Origin: the human T2T-CHM13v2.0 reference genome, Homo sapiens | DNA length: 64,000 nucleotides | Assembly (NCBI RefSeq): GCF_009914755.1 | Contig: NC_060931.1 | Direction: 5' to 3' (one strand) | Shown here: positions 45,391-60,992 of the stretch, piece after piece | Layout: each line of letters opens with the position of its first letter | Position numbering within the stretch: the first letter of the stretch is position 1 | Program-made: the position numbers and the translations under genes | Notes under the pieces: generated by a model | Database searches by the model: none | The model's input: the letters and a program-made list of their open reading frames with translations, nothing else | Told to the model about the DNA's origin: nothing

Positions 45391-46667
45391 GATGCCACCC
45401 CATCACTTCCGGTGTGCAGCCCAGACTCAAGGAGAAGGGATTCTACAAGGGCCTGAATAGCAGGAGATGGGGATTATTAGGAGCCATCTCAGAGGCTGCC
45501 CACCACAATTGGATTCAGATGAGAATGGAAGCGAGGCATTAGAGACAAATACAGACAACTCTTTTGAGGAGTTCTGCTATAAGCAGAAACAAAGAAATAA
45601 GCAGTTCATTGAGGAAGGATATGGAGTTAAAAATGTTTGTATTTTATTTGTTTTACAGCAAATCTGATCATTCTTATCAATTAAGGTAATATGTTTGATA
45701 TAGTTAAATATGTAACAATTCTGTTTTATACTCTATTCATGTATTTTCTAGAAGTATCATGAACAACAATGCTCATGTTTGTAAATAACGAAACTGTCGG
45801 GATTTTTTTTAACAGGCTATTTTGTACCTATATGAGAATCAGAAACAAAAGGCCATTTTGTACCCACGTGGGGATCAGAGCACTCATATCCCAGGGCTTC
45901 CAGGATACTCACGTGTGTACCTTCTAATTGCTGAAATCAGCCACATGGGTTTATTTAAGCAGATGAAACCAATATGCTTCAGCAAGGGCAGACATTTTCT
46001 CTTGGCTTGAAAACAAGCCAACAGCTGCTTGGAAAAGGCAAGCTGTTGGGCAGAGACCTGCTCATGGCAAACAGCCCAATGACCCCAGTTAAAATGTCAC
46101 CCAACTGGAGTGATCCTTTAAATCATAAATAATGTCTGTAGTTGCTTTATATTCTGACTCTACACTGCAACAACACACTAAAATGTGCACTACACACAGA
46201 CACAAGAGTAAATGAATGGGCCAATTAATTCATGAAAGCAAATGTCTGAGGTTAGTCTGTCGATAACATGTGAGTCTTAGATCCTCCTGGGGATAAGGAT
46301 CAGGCAATGGTAGGATAGGGGGAGGGTGAAAAATAATGCACTTTCCCTTCCTTCTGCATTCAGAACCAACTCAGACATAAGAAAGAATGGAAATTAAGGT
46401 GCTAGCTTTATTACTGTTCAGATTGTGTCTTCAGAGCTGAGACACCCTATTCCCCATCCCAGTCTAGACCTTGGGCCATCATTGCCTTATGCTGGTTTTG
46501 GACAGTGAGGGAAGAAAAGGGGAGTGAATCATCATAGCTGCAGCCTTCAAATAGATGTGTTTCTTTTTTGAGAAAGATGAGCCAGTGGATGTCACCTGCC
46601 AACATAAGTGACGGCCAAAAATTTAAATTGGGTAAAATGCAGGATTATGTTATTGCAGGGTTAATGA

Positions 46668-47719
<1,052 letters not shown>

Positions 47720-48115
47720 GCGACATTATTTTTAATTCCACTTTGACCATCGAAAAAACACAAAAATGGCTGGGTGCAGTTCACCACACCCATTTCCCCT
47801 AGTCCCACAGAGGAAATAATAGTCTGCACCTGTCCACCTTGAAAACAGGTGACAGGCAGAGGATGGAAGCCAACAGGACCACCACAGTTTGCATGATTTC
47901 AGCATTCATGTTGGCACAGAATTGTATTGAAATTCCTTCCTTCTCTGGAAAGGAATGAGGAAAGAATGAGTAAAAGGCCCGGGGCATTGTCTGGGAGAAG
48001 CTCCTCTACAGAAAAGCATGGGACTGGGGGAAAAGGCTCCCCACTAACAGCAGCAAAACAAGCCAGGGAAGTGCACAACGCCTCCCAATGCCCTGGGATT
48101 CCTACTCTCCAAGCA

Positions 48116-48505
48116 TAGATGCTCCTTAGCTTATAATGGATTTATGTTCTGATAACCCCACTGTGAGTTCAAAATATGGTAAGTTGAAAGTGCATTTAAT
48201 ACACCTACCTACCGAACATCCCAGTCTACTATTATCCCATTAGCCTAGTCTACTTCACATGTGCTCAGGACACTTACATTACACTACAGTTAGACAAAAC
48301 AATTGAACACAAAACCTATTTTAGAATAAAGTGTTGAATATCTCATGTAATTTATTGAACACTGTACCGAAAGTGAAAAACAGAATGGTTGTACGGATAC
48401 TTGAAGCACACTTTCTACTGAGCTACGTATTGCTTTTGCACCATCACAAAGTAAAAAAAAAAAAAAAAAACATAAATCAAACCATTGTAAGTCAGGGAAT
48501 ATCTG
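48116..48505. mobile_element. MER47A-like TcMar-Tigger DNA transposon
   Basis: AGATGCTCCTTAGCTTATAATGG / CCATTGTAAGTCAGGGAATATCTG inverted ends; internal sequence matches the recalled consensus. Confidence 0.8.
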
Positions 48506-49306
48506 TAGTTCACCACATGTGTGAAAGACAAGTCAAATGGACAGCAAGAAAAGGAAATTCAGTAGGTTTTATCAAGCATTTACAATGTGCAAAGCCCTAG
48601 GCCAGGTACTGGGAATACAGGAATAAATTCACACTCAAGGTGACCCAAGGAAGCTACCGCCTGGGATAAAACCCCACTACTGCCCCATTATCAGCCTTGA
48701 AGAGTTTTATGGTATGAATATTGAACTGCTTTGGGGGAATAATCTCTTCCTCTGATAAGGATATTTAGATAAGGAGTTTTTCCCCTTATCTAAATATATT
48801 CTAGGCGTTTACACTGAATTCGGGGGATTCAGTAGAGAAGGAAACAGAGTTCTCATGGAGCCTACATTGCACCATCATGGCAACTCTGCATGACAACACC
48901 CTAAGACCAGCTCCACCCACCAGAGAATAATCCTAGATGACCTATTAAAGTCCCCTGCACTCTATTATCCTATGATTTTTCTGTAACTCTCTTGGCCTCT
49001 TTGCTTCTTTCCTCTCCTAAATTTCATGCAGCATATGAGTTTCCTGCTGGTCATGCTACACTCATTGTACTAATAGGTACCTCTTCCTTCTGGAAGCCTT
49101 TCCTGTAGCCTTAGCAGGCTGGGCTTTGTGGCTTTATGCTGTGCCCTTGGCACTCTTCATGGGCTTCTATCAGTGGGTGAATCTCATTTTATATTCCTCA
49201 CTTTAGTGCAGGGGCAGTTTCTCATTGAACTTCACACCCTCCAACACCAATCACAGCACCTGGCATAGAATAGGCACTCAATAAGTATTTGCTGCACTGA
49301 GCAATC

Positions 49307-49742
49307 TGTAGGGGCCAACATGGAAAGTTTTCCCTTTGCCCTCTTAAGGTTCACTAAAAAATCAACTTGCAAAAGGCAGATTAATTGGAGAAAAAGCATA
49401 TAAATGTATTTAATGTGTATACCCGGGATCCTTCAAATGAAGACCCAAAGATACAGGGGAAATTATCCATTTTTATGCCTAGGTTCAACAAAGTATGGGC
49501 AGTGACGTAGAAATGTGATCGGACAAAAAGTGTATGATCTAAGACTAATAGAGGGAGAAAACCCAGCAAGGCCTGTCTGTCTGGATTCTTCTTGGCCTCT
49601 CTGAGCATGCACTCTTTCCTTCTGGGTATGGGACAGGACTCCCTCTGGAATGGGGGTCTTATGACCTACAGTCAAACAAGGGAAGTCAAATAATGTCTTT
49701 ATGGCCAGATTTTACACAGAACGGCAGAGGGAAAGTCCCCAC
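49307..49742 (-). mobile_element. MER39/MER34-like ERV1 LTR
   Basis: AAAAGGCAGATTAATTGGAGAAAAAGCATATAAAT...GAAGACCCAAAGATACAGGGG...GGGGGTCTTATGACCTACA motifs. Confidence 0.65.
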
Positions 49743-49748
49743 AGTCCT

Positions 49749-50195
49749 TGTATTAATTCCCTAGGGATGCCTTAACAAAGCACTCGGTGACTTAACAGAA
49801 ATGTTTTGTCTCACATTTCTTGTGACTAGAAGTCCAAAATCAAAGTGTCAGCAGAACCAAACACCAAGCTCCCTCTGAAATCTGCAGGGGAGGGTCCTTC
49901 CTTGCCTCTTCCTAGCCTTTCTCCGGTGGTGGCCGGCAATCCACCGCATTCCTGGGCTTACAGCTGCATCACTCTGATCTGCCCCTGTCCCGCCACATTT
50001 TCGTGTGTCTCTGTCTTCAAGTGGCATTTTGACACCGTGTGATAAGGACATCAGTCATGTTGAATTAGGAGGGTCCACCCCAATGATCTCGTCTTGACCA
50101 CATCTGTAAAGACGCAGTTTTTCCAAGTTAGGTCGCATTCACAGGTGCTGGAGGTTAGGTCTTCAATGTCTTTGGGAGTGGGGACAAATTCAGTC
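49749..50195 (-). mobile_element. MLT1B/C-type MaLR LTR just upstream of the SNHG26 promoter
   Basis: TGTATTAATTCCCTAGGG...AGAAGTCCAAAATCAAAGTGTCAGCAG...ATAAGGACATCAGTCAT...GGGGACAAATTCAGTCC. Confidence 0.75.
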
Positions 50196-50599
50196 CTTAA
50201 CACTCATGTTCTATATGTAGTGCTGCTTAGGCATCCAGCCAACAGACCTGCTTATTTTACTGCAGTCAGAATACCTTCTCCCCTTCCTCCTCACAGTCCA
50301 ATGACACAGACGTGCTTTGGGGGCAAGATATTTGCGGGCCGTGGCCATCATTCTAAGCATGCAGCACTCCAGGCACCAGGAGTCCTCCCCGTGCTTCAAC
50401 CCCTCTTCGATGAGTTTGCACCCCCGACCTCCGCTAATGTTCACATCCTTTAACGGGAGCCAGTCTTCTGCTACGTAATTAGACGAGTCTTGAAAGAAGC
50501 ACCCAGGGGCGTGGCTGAAGACTTTAAGAAACACCAGGCAAGGGAGGGGAGTGGGTACCAGAGACACCTAACATTATTTGAGTGGCAGGAGCTTCCTCT

Positions 50600-51500
50600 G
50601 ACCTTCAACGAGGTAAAGAGACATCACAGCCAGCGAGAGTTTGGGGCAGACTCCCCAGACTCGGAGGCCGGGGCAAAGTGGGAGCCGGGGCCAAGTGGGA
50701 GCCGGGGCCGTGTGGGGTGGGGGGGGGGGCCCAAGGCGGGGAAGGCCCGGGCCGCCGACAGGGGGCGCGCGAGGGCCTCCGGGCCCCGCGGGCGGGGCGG
50801 GTGCTGGACCCGGAGGGGCCTTCCGGCAACTTTTTGGTTGGTGCCGCCCCGCCCAGGCCCCTTTTAAACTTGATCTCCGCAGTGCCCTCCCTTTTCGGCC
50901 GCGGCGCGTGACTGGGTAAGTGGGCTCGGACCTTCTGGACGCAGGAGCCGACCACGTGGCTCCGGGGCTACCCCGTGCGCTTCCTAGGCGCGCCTCTCGC
51001 TGCCCCCACGCCGAGGCCTCGGCTCGGCGCCGCGGGGAAGCCTCCGTTAGGGCCCCTCGGGGGTGGGGGCGTCCTCGTGGCGCTTGGGCCCTTCGTCCCG
51101 GGTTAGGACGGCCCGTGTCCTTGTGCGCTTGAAGGGGCCGCCCCCTTTCCTCGAGGATCCCACCCCCACTCAGCAGAAGCCGCCAGGCGCCCGTCACCTC
51201 CCGTGCCTGAGTCCCTGCCGTCCACGCATTCGGCCTACAGGCAGCTTTTAGTCCTTTTTCAATTAAATGATTGCATTTTGAGGATCAAATTCCAACCGCA
51301 GGCGGAGGCGCCGAGCCCCGGACGGTCTCTGGGTTCTTGGTGCACTCGGGGCTCCTGCCTGCCCAGGGGCTGTGACCGCGCGGACGGAAGCCTATTTGGG
51401 AAGCGAGTGAGATCTGATGTCTGAAGCGCTTTAAGTTTCTAAGCGGGGCAGTATAATAGCGGGGTTAGCAAACACACGGAGGTCATTTCACTCGCGCAGC
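50600..51500 (+). promoter_or_regulatory. SNHG26: SNHG26 CpG-island promoter with TCT/5'TOP initiator
   Basis: Very GC/CpG-rich. GC boxes (CCGCCCCGCCC 50844-50854), ETS CTTCCGG 50820-50826, TATA-like TTTAAA 50863-50868 about 28 nt upstream of C50891 within the pyrimidine tract CCCTCCCTTTTC (50885-50896). Confidence 0.85.
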
Positions 51501-52331
51501 CATCCCCCACCGCCACCAGTGCCGTTCATTTGCTACTGGCCCGCAGTCAGATAATTTAAAGGCTTGGAGGGACGAGTCTTGCTGGAGCCGACGCCTACAG
51601 TAAGTTGAGCGGAGTGCTGTGAGCCCTAATAAGGGAGCCTGCTTTCCTCCCGAAGATTCGCTTTTTTGGGAGTGGCCAGAGCGTTATTACAGCACAGGGC
51701 CCGCTTCCAACGTTTAATCAGGGTGTGAGGAGGCCCTTCGTGGTTTTCTGACCTGGGAAAAGTCTGAACTACTGGGTTCTTTCTGGCTTGGACCAGGACA
51801 AGGTGTTGAACGCCTAACTTAGGTCTACTAAGGTGTAGAAATACGCAAGGCTGCCCCTAGAGAACGTTTGTCTGGGGAATAATGTAAGTTTTTGGAGCGG
51901 CTCTCCTGAGCATCGCTGAGCATACTAATTGTTCATTACTGGTACAAAATGCTATATAAAGGGATACTTTGCGAATTTAGTAAAATTGATAAAGATCTAA
52001 ATTTACATTTGAGTCAACAAATAATCTTTGTGGCTAGCATAGGTACCACAGTTCTGTTGGAATGTGAAGCTCGTGGTTCACCTGTTTTCCTCAGTTGTGA
52101 AAGATTTGCTGCCTTTTTGATGAAACCAAATGGGACCCATTTTACCATTCTTTAATGAGGAAAGCTTGTACATTTGCAGCCTAGGTTCTAGGCATCTTTT
52201 ATCCAGCGTTATAGATAGACCCAGAGCATGGACAATTTTCCCTCCCTGGAATACCTCCAGCTCTGGCGAATAGCCCTATATACAGCACAGGAAGATAGCG
52301 GTGGTAAGGCTTTGTTTTACCATTGCTTTAG

Positions 52332-52547
<216 letters not shown>

Positions 52548-53247
52548 TAGTAGAGACGGGGTGTCACCTTGTTGGCCAGGCTGGTCTTGAACTCCTGAGC
52601 TGGTGATTCGCCAGCCTCAGCCTCCCAAAGTGCTGGGATTACAGGCGTGAGTCAGCGCACCCGGCCTGCCAAATTGTTTTTTAACTATTCAGTTTAAACT
52701 GTGAGAGACACCATGTCAAGGAAGCAGTGTGAGCTAGCGTCTAAGGATTGTGAAAACTGAGCAAGTGCCCAGAACTAGAAACTTCCCAGCCCCCTGAACT
52801 CAGCCTCAGGGTAAGCGAGTTTAATAGTGCTTCCTTTGATTTTCAAATCTGTGGAAGGTTTGTTTCAGTTTTTCCCAGACAAATATTGTTGGGATAGTGT
52901 TTCTTTTCAAAAATGGATAGGATTCAATGCTCATCAGTGGGAAGATAGTGACTCCTGACCATTTTCCTCCTAGCTGGAAACTACAGAAGACTCCCAAGTA
53001 TCAGGAAATTTGGAGAATTTGTACAGGAATTATATTCAGAGATAGCAATTTATTTACTCATCAAAGAGAGCTATTGGATAGCCACCATAAAGACCACTCA
53101 TTAAAAAACAAAATTGCATGATATTCTTAACATTGTCTTTCACTTTTTTTAACCAGGCTTGGTGGAGTTTCAAGATGCTGATGAACTTAAGGTATGGGCC
53201 GAGTGGAAAGAATTTGGTTTAAGTTATTAATAGTTGAATTGAAATTG

Positions 53248-53321
53248 TGGCCAAGGATGAGAACTCTAATCTGATTTTATGTGCTTCTGCTGTGATGGAT
53301 TAAAGGATTTACCTGAGGCCA
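53248..53321 (+). ncRNA. SNORD93: C/D-box snoRNA SNORD93 (HBII-336), guide for 2'-O-methylation of 18S rRNA A576
   Basis: Terminal stem TGGCC/GGCCA. C box AGGATGA 53254-53260, D' CTGA 53271-53274, C' GTGATGG 53292-53298, D CTGA 53313-53316. Guide TTAAAGGATTTA (53300-53311) is complementary to 18S UAAAUCCUUUAA. Sequence recognised as SNORD93. Confidence 0.96.
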
Positions 53322-53998
53322 AATTGGTATGCAGGAATTTATTAAATGGAATCATACCCCCCCCCCTTTTAAAATTACGCTTTTGGTAAAAGGGAAAAAG
53401 CTCTTGGTAAATGGATAATACTACTAAGCCAAGAGAAAGACAGGATTTTGAGTGAAAACATAAATTTAGATGTCACAACATTACTAAAGCAACAGTGTGT
53501 AAGATACTGGACGATTTTATTTACTTACTTGCACAGTTTTTGTAAACAGTCTAGACAGTACTGTATTTTGCTATTTAGTAATACCTACTGTGATACTTCT
53601 TTTACAGGTCTGGCGCTTGAAAGAATCAGTGAAGCTTTTCAAGTAGAGGAGGTATATTTGAATATGTAACCTTTAGTATCTACAGAATAGAGGTTGCTTT
53701 TTTTTTTTTTTTTTGTCCCTTTCACAGTGGTAGCAAGGTTGAATTTTGAGATGGCCCCAATCATCTATAGGAATATTATTTGACAGTTTTGGAGACACAA
53801 AACTGCCTTATAGCTGACTTGATCCTGTAGAACATTTCTGTGGAATTCAATTCTATTATTTAAGGTAGTTTTTCCATGAACCAGCTGTGGTCTGTAACTT
53901 GACAGTGTTAATAAAACAAGTAGCAATACCTTCATCATGGTTCACATGGTCAACAAAGATATGACTTAACTCTAAGATTGTTATTTTACAGTATAGTC

Positions 53999-54795
<797 letters not shown>

Positions 54796-57700
54796 TGAGC
54801 CATATATACGACAATGGTGGACTTTGAATGTCCGCACATCTGTAGTAAAATGCAATGCTACCTTCATTTTTTGTTGGTATGCTAAAGAAATTTTAAGTAT
54901 CTCACTTTTAAAAAAATAGGTTTGTGTATTTTATGTGCTTACACATTTTTCCATAGTACTGTAGATCATTTTAGTGATGAAATTTGATACTTTTGACAGA
55001 AAAACAGGTCAGTGAGTTCCTTGGGATCAAAAAGGGGTTGATTACAAGGGCAGGAAGGAATTGTTAGTGTGATTCTACAGTTCTGCATCTTGATTATGGT
55101 ATGACTGTGCGTTTGTCAAACCTTAACAGGATGAATTTTGCTGAATGTAAAATCATACTTCAATAAACATGACTTTAAAAACTTAACCCTCCTTGGCATT
55201 TCAGTGGTGTTTCCAGTGAAATCTATGGCAAGATGGTTTGGGGTCACTATCTACATGAACTGCCAAGTTGGAAAATCAAAAATACATCAAAATCACTCTT
55301 GGGACATAAGTCACGGAAGTGACTCATGCACACAATAAATACCCAAGAAGCAGGACCAGACGGCAGTTGTGTATTGGCACGCTCATCAGTGCTGCAAAAA
55401 TTCCCCTTCTGGATGGCAACAACAATGCTGTATCCACAGCAGCATTTTAAATCTCACCTCTGATGTATCCATTGTTGTGGGCATGAGATGGCAGAAAGTG
55501 GGATATGGAAAATGTTGCCGTGCGCCATTCCGAATACTACTGTGGCTTCCCTGCAGCATTACTTTCCATATTGGCTGTTTTCCATTTCAGGAAAGCTTAG
55601 GATGTCCTTGGTAAATACTGGCTAACCAAGAAATTTGAAAAATGAAAGGAGGCTGAGTAATTGGTCTTGGGTTGAAACGGGGTGATGCTGCATAAACTAC
55701 GTGGTTGACTCTGAAAAGCTGGCTAAAAAGCCAGTCTGCATTCCTTGTCCTCATTTCCTTGGAGTAATGAAGGGTGCTTCTTAGAAGAGGGATAGATTCA
55801 AGTATGGGTTGTGAGTCATTCTTCTTTTCTGTATGTAATAGGTCTAACCACAGGGCCTGTTGAGCCCTGCCCTGGTGACCAAGAGCATTTTCTGACATGA
55901 ACAGAGTTAGGCCATCTTGCCCGTATGAGCAGAGTTCTTCAGATGTCCCTTAGGATTCTAGGTTTCATACCTTCCCTGCCACTCCCCCACTACCAAATCC
56001 CCTTACCCTATAGCCTAGCAATGCAGAGTTGTCCAATATAGAACCTCTGTTAAACATAGCATCACCCAGGAAAATGGGATGAGTGGTTGCAGTCAGTACC
56101 ACAGTTCTGCAGAATCAACTTGCTTACCTTAGTACATTGCCTGTCTACGTGTTTAGCAGAGCTAAAAGCAGGAATGGACTGTTAAACTACCATCCTTTTG
56201 TGCTCAAGTGCCATGAAGAGAAGCAAACCTGGAGTTGAAAGTTTTCAAAGAGGGCTTCCAAGTGAGGAACTTGGGCATGTGAATCTTTAATTATGACTAT
56301 AAAAGAAATTGTGATTGGAAATAGAATTTTTATGCTAGTGGTTATGATTTCATTGAAAATAGGAAATCTTATTTAAGAACTCTGGTCACAAAACCTCCCC
56401 AGATAGTGACGTAAATAAGACCCAGTGTAACAACTGTGGCATTGACATGTCAGTTCATGTAGATTGAGTCACAATTTGATTTCGAGAATGGCCATATCCC
56501 ATTTTGTCTTACTCCATGGTGTTCCTGAGCACTTGGATACAAATAGATTCTGTTTCCTAAAAGTAGCCAAATCTTTGTAGTTCAAGTGAATATTCCAGAC
56601 TAAAATATGTGTCTTTTTGAAGGTCCTTAAGCCTTACATACTTAATTGTGTAATTTGGCAAATATTTGCTGTTGTGTTGTGTCAAGTCCTGTGATAGAGA
56701 CAGTTCCTACCTTTCTGGAGCTTTCACAGTGTGACTCATTTCAGTACGTAAGTCGGAGCCAGTTTTAATAGAATGTTCTCTGGTTGACTTCTGTTGTAAG
56801 GAATAATTTCATTTCATGTCTGGGTCAATATGTGAAAGATTAAATTATTAGGGCAAACTGAAAAAAAAAATCTAGTTTTACCCCCCCACCACCACATTCC
56901 CAAAATAATTTAGCATGGTTTATAACAAATATCAAGCAACAATAATTAGAAGCAGATAAAAGCTCAGCAAGTAGAGGGCAAGAATAAAAAACCTAACTGT
57001 TAGATCTCATGCTGTAGGCTCCAGCCAAGTTGTCTCTGAGCTTCCTAAGAGCAAAGAGCCAACTGGCAAGTTAGTAATCAGGCAATTGCCATAATTTTCT
57101 AATGGAGGAGGGGAGTGGTCATGTGCATTCTAAGCTCTTTAAAGCCGAGGAGTAAGCTTTCTTTCCTTCATGATCTCAAGTACTCTACTTTGAAGAAAGG
57201 AATGGAACAGAAGGTGTCTGCATAACTAAATGGGGATCTAGAGAAAGTGGAGACTGCCTCTGGAGCAGGGAGGTGAGTGGACCAGATCACTGTGGGCCTG
57301 GGCCTACTCAGCTGATTTTCAAGCTAAAACCAGGGGTAACTTTTCCTCTTGAGACGAAAGCCATGCTCACATTCTGTGAACAGCCAGAGATGTGTTCGAA
57401 AGGCTTACTTTTATTTTGTACTAGAAAAGATTGTCTTTCCAAAATTTACCTCGTATTCATAAACTGGAAAGTTCTGATGGCAATATTTTGTTACAAAATT
57501 GTCATTAATCACAATCCAGGATTATGCCACCATGACTAGAAGGCCCCCTAATGGAGTTTATCTGCACTGCAAGGGGCCAGTTGTCTCAGAATCATCCTCC
57601 GTTGACATCTCCATCTCCAGGACAGCTCCACACTAATCTGTTTCAAAGACAAAATCCAGTCTAATCAGTTTGATGTATGTTTCTGGGAATAGAGCCGAAT

Positions 57701-57859
57701 GTTGTAGCTGATGGAATGGAGTCTCATACCATTGATTTTGCAGCTGGACAAGTGCCCTGCCATGTTACTGCCACTCTTTAAGGCAGAATAGAGCACATTG
57801 TATCATTTATAGGCCTCTCACAGTGAGAAATATGTGGAACTTTGGAAATCAGAATCTAA

Positions 57860-58110
57860 AACTGCAGTCCAATGGGGTAGCCACTATTCACATGTGCTAT
57901 TGAGTACCTAAAATGTGGCTAGACCAAGTTGACATGTGCTGAAGGGTGAAAAACACCAGGAGTGAAGAATTAACTTGAAAAAAATGTAAACTATCTCAAT
58001 TTTATATTGATTACAAATTAAATGATGTTTTGAATATATTGAGTTAAATGAAATACATTTTTTAATGATACATGATGCGTATTATATTTCTGTTGGACAG
58101 TACTGGTCTA
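57860..58110. mobile_element. MER3/MER33-like hAT-Charlie element
   Basis: GTCCAAT...GTAGCCACTA...AATGTGGCTAG...TTTCTGTTGGACAGTACTG. Confidence 0.65.
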
Positions 58111-58409
58111 AAACAGTTGATTCACTATCCAGTAGAGAGAAAGGTATTGCTGTTTTACCATATGTGACCTTCAGGGAAAAGAAGAATAAAATTAGCACTT
58201 GAAAATGGAAAAACTTACAGATAAGCAGCTATTATTTGAAGGGCAGAAGGTGCAGGGGTACTCAGCACTACTTAGAAGATTTGACATAAATTCTATACTC
58301 AAGTTGCTAGTACTTCTGGAGATTTTAAATGAAAGACTTCAGAGTGTATTTAGTAAACACTCTGCTATGCCCACTCTACAAGCATCTGTGTGTTCATTAA
58401 TCAAGAGCA

Positions 58410-59250
<841 letters not shown>

Positions 59251-59275
59251 AGTTCTAGTTTCTTGATCCCTGATC

Positions 59276-59278
<3 letters not shown>

Positions 59279-59312
<34 letters not shown>
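59279..59312. repeat. (GT)n microsatellite
   Basis: About 17 GT units. Confidence 0.95.
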
Positions 59313-59315
<3 letters not shown>

Positions 59316-60629
59316 CTAAAGTGTCTTTCAGGGTTTTGGTTTTTTGATTTTTTTTTTTTTTAATGGAAGGGGAGAGATTGTGGGAAGTGGCACCATAAAT
59401 CTTACCTTGTATAAAGCACTCTTTTAAAAAATTACCTTATGTTAAGCAAAATGTTCCATAAAACTCTCCTTTTCCTGTCTTCACTGTGTGCTTTAAAAAA
59501 CAGGTCTGTGTAAATTCTCTTGTAGTTTTGTTGCTACTAATAATGACATTTTGTCTTTTTGTGTTTAACAGTAATTGAATTCTTCCCTTAGTTTTCACAT
59601 TTCTCTTAAGTAGTTGTTCTTAATAGTGACTGGGGATGGTGGGGAAAATGTGTCCCCCTCAGGGTGGACAAACTGGGAAAAGAACCAAAATCCCACACCC
59701 AATGAATTGAGACCAAACATCATTGACCACACTCCACCTCTCTAATTTTAACATTGACCAGAATATTCTAATTTTATTTATTTATTTATTTATTTATTTA
59801 ATCTTTTTAGAGATGATAGGGTCTCACTCTGTTCCCTAGCCTGGAGTGCAGTGGCACCATCATAGCTCACTGCAGCCTTGAACTTCTGAGCAGTCAATCC
59901 TCTTGCTTCAGCCTCCTGAGTAGCTGGGACTACAGGCACGTGCCAACATGCCCAGCTGATTTTTTTAAAAATTTGTAGAGATGGGTTCTTGCTATGTTGT
60001 TCAGGCTTGTCTCAAACTCCTGGCCTAAAGCGAATTTCCCACCTGGGTCTACCAAAGTGTTAGGATTACAGGAGTGAGCATGCACCCAGCCAATACTGAC
60101 TAATTTTAAAACCTGAAGAACAATAAGAACCTGAAAACATTGAGTTATTATATTGGCAAAAGCAAAACAAGCCCCTTTAAGATGTCTGGGGTGGAATCTC
60201 TGACTGGCTAATGAGTATGCCAGGAGTCAGACCCCTTTCAAACTCTGGATAGCACCACCACTGCCAAGATACATTTAATGCAGTTGATGCTTTTGGCAAA
60301 AGGCAACGACGCAATTGCTCTCAAATGTAGCAAAGCCCAAGGTAGACACACAGCAGCAACACAGGGAAATCATTGAAAACAGTGTGAGACGGTGCCAGTG
60401 TTACCCGAGCTCTGAGAAACCAGAGGTGCTGCCTACCTCTTAGGTTAAAGGCGTCCAAATGCCCTTCGTTGTCTTATTTGCATGGACATGTTTAATCCTA
60501 TACTTTCTTGCATAAAAAAAAAGAGTACAGCACATGCCCTATGGTTACAAACAGTTTGGAGATGAAAACCAGCATGCCAAATTGCTGGGGCTATGGGGCC
60601 AGTGTAATGAGGATGAAGTGGATGTGGTC

Positions 60630-60992
60630 TGATATGGTCTGGTTCCGTGTCCCCACCCAAATTTCATCTTGAATTATAATCCGAATTGTAATCCCCATGT
60701 GTTGGAGGGGGGATCTCATGGGAAGTGATTAGATCATGGGGGCAGTTTCCCCCATGCTATTCTCATGATAGTGAGTTCTCACGAGATCTGATGGTTTTAT
60801 AAGTGTCTGGCATTTCCCCTGCTGGCACTCATTCTCTTTCCTGCCGTCCTGTGAAGAGGTGCCTTCCACCATGATTGTAAGTTTCCTGAGGCTTCTCCAG
60901 CCATGCAGAACTGGGAGTCAAGTAAACCTCTTTTCTTTATAAATTACCCAGTCTTGGATATGTCTTTCTTAGCATGAGAATGGACTAAAACA
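60630..60992 (+). mobile_element. THE1 MaLR solo LTR
   Basis: TGATATGGTCTGG...GTGTCCCCACCCAAAT...GAATGGACTAAAACA; TSD TGGTC/AGGTC. Confidence 0.92.

Noticed and set aside
50490-51197. Overlapping long GC-rich ORFs (up to 207 aa) on both strands
   Set aside because: Stop-poor CpG-island sequence with low-complexity G/P/R/A composition; they span the promoter and resemble no protein I recognise.
54973-55145. Possible second C/D snoRNA starting at GTGATGA
   Set aside because: No D box at suitable distance, no terminal stem, and it overlaps an old L1-like fragment.
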